Source: Octopus sinensis (lineage: Eukaryota). From it: a stretch of 64,000 bases of DNA. The position numbers and the translations under genes were made by a program. The stretch covers positions 30,442,001 to 30,506,000 of the forward strand of contig NC_042998.1 of NCBI RefSeq assembly GCF_006345805.1, in the 5' to 3' direction. Shown piece by piece: positions 60,701 to 64,000 of the stretch; the stretch's first letter is position 1, and each line of letters begins with the position of its first letter. The notes under the pieces are model-generated. The model made no database searches. It was not told the origin of the DNA and saw nothing but the letters and a program-made list of their open reading frames with translations.

Positions 60701-61344
60701 CTCTATGTATCTGCTATCCACTGACACCGAATGTGAACCAACATATCTTGTACATTTAATTGAAAATCTATTGCATGTGTACGTGTGTTTAATCAAAATA
60801 GAGTTTAACATTTGTGTAAATAATCGTTATATGAATAAACAAACGTTCAGTTAAAAACATTTGCCTAAATAAAAACTGGATTCTGAATATCAATTTAAAA
60901 GTAAAAAATCTTGCCAGACTTTAAAGTTATTTACATCTGCGAAGGTAGAAGCATTTCTAATTCCAGTAGTTATATTCCGAAAGATATGCCTTTCATCTTA
61001 ATTCTCTTGCTTCGTGTTCTCTGTTACAATTCCTTCGAGGCCGACTTGGCCTTTCAGGCTTCTAAACGCACTAAAGGTTAGAACGTCATGTCCTGTAAAC
61101 AAAAGATTTTGACCTTTCCATATAAACGTTTGGCCTTGGGTCATATAACCAACGAACCATTTTTACGAAAGAGATTCAGAGAGCGAAGGTTCTGATTGGA
61201 TGAGCAACAGCATTACTTAAGTGGTGAGGAAATTAAGTAGTAGCGACCTTTCATGCCAACGCAAAGTATTTCTAAATTTCATCCACCACAGTGAAACTTC
61301 ACAAAAGCAAATAATAGTTACTAATTCGGGCATCCTAAAATTTT

Positions 61345-61545
61345 ATTTATTTATATTATTTTTTATTTTATTTATTTATTTTATTTTTTATTTTATTTAT
61401 TTATTTTATTTCATTTATTTTATTTTATTTATTTATTTTATTTATTTATTTTATTTTTTATTTTATTTATTTACTTTATTTCATTTATTTTATTTTATTT
61501 CTTTATTTTTTTATTTTTTATATATTTTTATTTTATTTTATTTGT
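61345..61545. repeat. (ATTT/ATTTT)n low-complexity tract
   Basis: Direct reading. Confidence 0.95.
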
Positions 61546-61929
61546 TGTTACATCTTAATATGAGAAAGTAGCATTCTTGAAAAAAAAATCCCATTAATTT
61601 CCTTAAATTAATTGAACTGAAAAGTTGTAATTAGATTTTCAAACAAATTGTGAAAATAATTGTGTCTGTTTTGAACTTTTTTATTCTGTCTTCGATACCC
61701 TGTAAGACAAAGAATTGTAAGAAAAAGAGAACCGGACTGTTTATTGAAGCATCATCGTTTTCAAACATTTCGTCTGAACAACCTTTTGAGTAGAATGATG
61801 TATGTGGGACTAATAGCGAGTTGAGAGTCAGAAGAAGGTACGAGACAAAAGTTTTAGGAATAACTGATGCGTAGGTTTTCGGAGGGGGAAAAATTATTTC
61901 AGGTAAAATATAACACTATAATATTTCAG

Positions 61930-62250
61930 GTAAAATACAACAATGCAGAGTGGACTATAATAACTGTTATAATTTGATTATCCATAGTCTGATATAATAA
62001 TAATATTTCGGAATATAAAAATTCCTTCTTCAGATATAGTTAGGAATTGATCAAGTCACTGTTATAATCGGTTTTCCAACGGTTCCTGGCGATATCTGAA
62101 GAAGGAATTTTTGTATTCTGAAATATCTTTATTACATCAGACTATGAATAATTAAATTATAACAGTTAATATAGAACACTCTGCATTGTTGTGCCATTCA
62201 AGATACGTTGTATTTTACAAACAATACACAATGCTTCAAGCGAACTACTC
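61930..62250. mobile_element. pLTR-like foldback with hammerhead folds at 61991-62038 (-) and 62091-62138 (+)
   Basis: Both arms read (g/t)atat-CTGAAGA-AGGAAT..ATTC(C/T)-GAAATAT..ATT-A(T/C)ATC. Confidence 0.75.
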
Positions 62251-62341
62251 TGAAATAAGAATTTCAGACGTTGTTTAGGAAATTCGCTTTCTTTTTAATT
62301 TCTTAGAATGAAATAATAAATTATGTAAATAATGTGTGTGA

Positions 62342-62724
62342 TGGAAGCACTCCGTCGGTTACGACGACGAGGGTTCCGGTTGATCCGAATCAATGGAACA
62401 GCCTGCTCGTGAAATTAACGTGGAAGTGGCTGAGCACTCCACAGACACGTGTACCCTAAACGTAGTTCTCGGGGATATTCAGCGTGACACAGAGAGTGAC
62501 AAGGCCGGCCCTTTGAAATACAGGTACAACAGAAACAGGAAGTAAGAGTGAGAGAAAGTTGTGGTGAAAGAGTACAGCAGGGATCACCACCACCCCCTGC
62601 CGGAGCCTCGTGGAGCTTTAGGTGTTTTCGCTCAATAAACACTCACAACGCCCGGTCTGGGAATCGAAACCACGATCCTATGACCGCGAGTCCACTGCCC
62701 TAACCACTGGGCCATTGCGCCTCC
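62342..62724 (-). mobile_element. SINE head C + tail X, 14-bp TSD taaataatgtgtgt
   Basis: Near-identical to 56351-56732; TSD at 62326-62339 and 62726-62739. Confidence 0.95.
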
Positions 62725-63484
62725 ATAAATAATGTGTGTACATATGTATACACGTATGTGCGTGTGTGTGTATGTGTGTGTGTGTGTATACATAAAACTC
62801 GGTGTATGCTACTGAAGCGGTATTAATATTTCCCTCTGTGTATCACACCATCGAAATAAAGTATTTTCTTCGACGAGCGTTAAAACACAAAATAATAGAG
62901 GAAGAGGAGAGAGACAAACTGCAGTGAATAAACCGATTGCTTTATTTCGGAATGGTCGTTTTTCCTTCTTTTTCTTATTTATTGTCCAGGTGAATAAACC
63001 ATTAATAGGCATTGGGCAACAGTGCCGAGTTGTTGAAAAATACTGACGTTCGACCCACTACGACATACATATTTTATATGTTTACTATAATAAGTCCATG
63101 AGGAGATTACATCTCAGACTAGCTTACAGTAGCATGCCTTCTAACAGTTTGTATACATTTATCATACAACACAGGTGGTGATATACGTGTATGTATGTAT
63201 AGGGACAATTGAAAAAGGGGAATATTCCTTGTGTTGTATGTCTTGTTTCTCTGTTTTTTGCGTTGTTTGAAAATAAAGTTCGTTTCCATGTTTTTGTTTT
63301 TATGTTTTCGTTTCCCATTGTATTCAACGTTCTTTTTTTTGATGTCCTGTACCTATATATGCATGTATATATACATATGTATGTAGGTATGTAGATATAT
63401 GTATGTATATATACATATATTTATATATTATTTATATTATTTATATTATTATATGATTGAACGCCCGCATCCTTTTCCAAGTAA

Positions 63485-63555
63485 GTTTTATCTACATACA
63501 TACATACATACATACATACATCATACATACATACATCATACATACATACATATAC

Positions 63556-63600
<45 letters not shown>

Positions 63601-63639
63601 GATAGATAGATAGATATATAGATAGATAGATAGATAGAT

Positions 63640-63675
<36 letters not shown>

Positions 63676-63745
63676 GTACATACATACGTATATACATACA
63701 TAATACACAGATAGACAGCTAGATAGATAGACAGACAGAGATATA
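63485..63745. repeat. (TACA)n/(GATA)n microsatellite
   Basis: Direct reading. Confidence 0.95.
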
Positions 63746-64000
63746 TGCATGCATTTCTAGTTTGCGTAATATTTAGTGATGCTGGAAAATAATCTATTTA
63801 TATCTATTGATGTTTTTAGTTAGCATAATTTGAACATTTCTGTGAGTTTAAAATACAAGTTGTGGACACTCGAGACAACCAGACAATATTTAATTGGATA
63901 ATCTATATAAAACGCCAACGTTTACTGTTTTGGTATATTTTCCTTTTGAAAAGAATCTTAACCAAATTTAATACGGTGTTACAGATGAAAAGCAAAATAA

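Noticed and set aside
63088-63130. taagt-ccatga-ggaga-ttaca-tctc-agac-ta-gctta as a decayed hammerhead
   Set aside because: Both core segments are mutated; only the stems are suggestive.

Overview
AT-rich eukaryotic DNA, intronic or intergenic and dense in repeats. The SINE families and microsatellite load suggest an octopus or other coleoid cephalopod (inference, no search run). No complete protein-coding gene, rRNA, true tRNA gene or CRISPR array is supportable, and most predicted ORFs are translations of microsatellites. Recognisable content: tRNA-headed SINEs of several modular families, one full-length decayed mariner and two deleted ones, an internally deleted Helitron with both termini, Penelope-like element (PLE) RT, linker and GIY-YIG remnants, 3' fragments of R4/Dong-like and CR1-like LINEs, a zinc-knuckle ORF1 remnant, several foldbacks and two tandem duplications. 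The most striking signal is a set of type I hammerhead ribozyme (HHR) folds from at least seven sequence families, usually in outward-facing inverted pairs. One of these is a 943-bp tandem unit with an intact HHR on the minus strand and a core-mutated mirror HHR on the plus strand. A possible three-exon fragment of an unknown minus-strand gene lies at about 26.0-26.6 kb. All folds and translations were done by eye.
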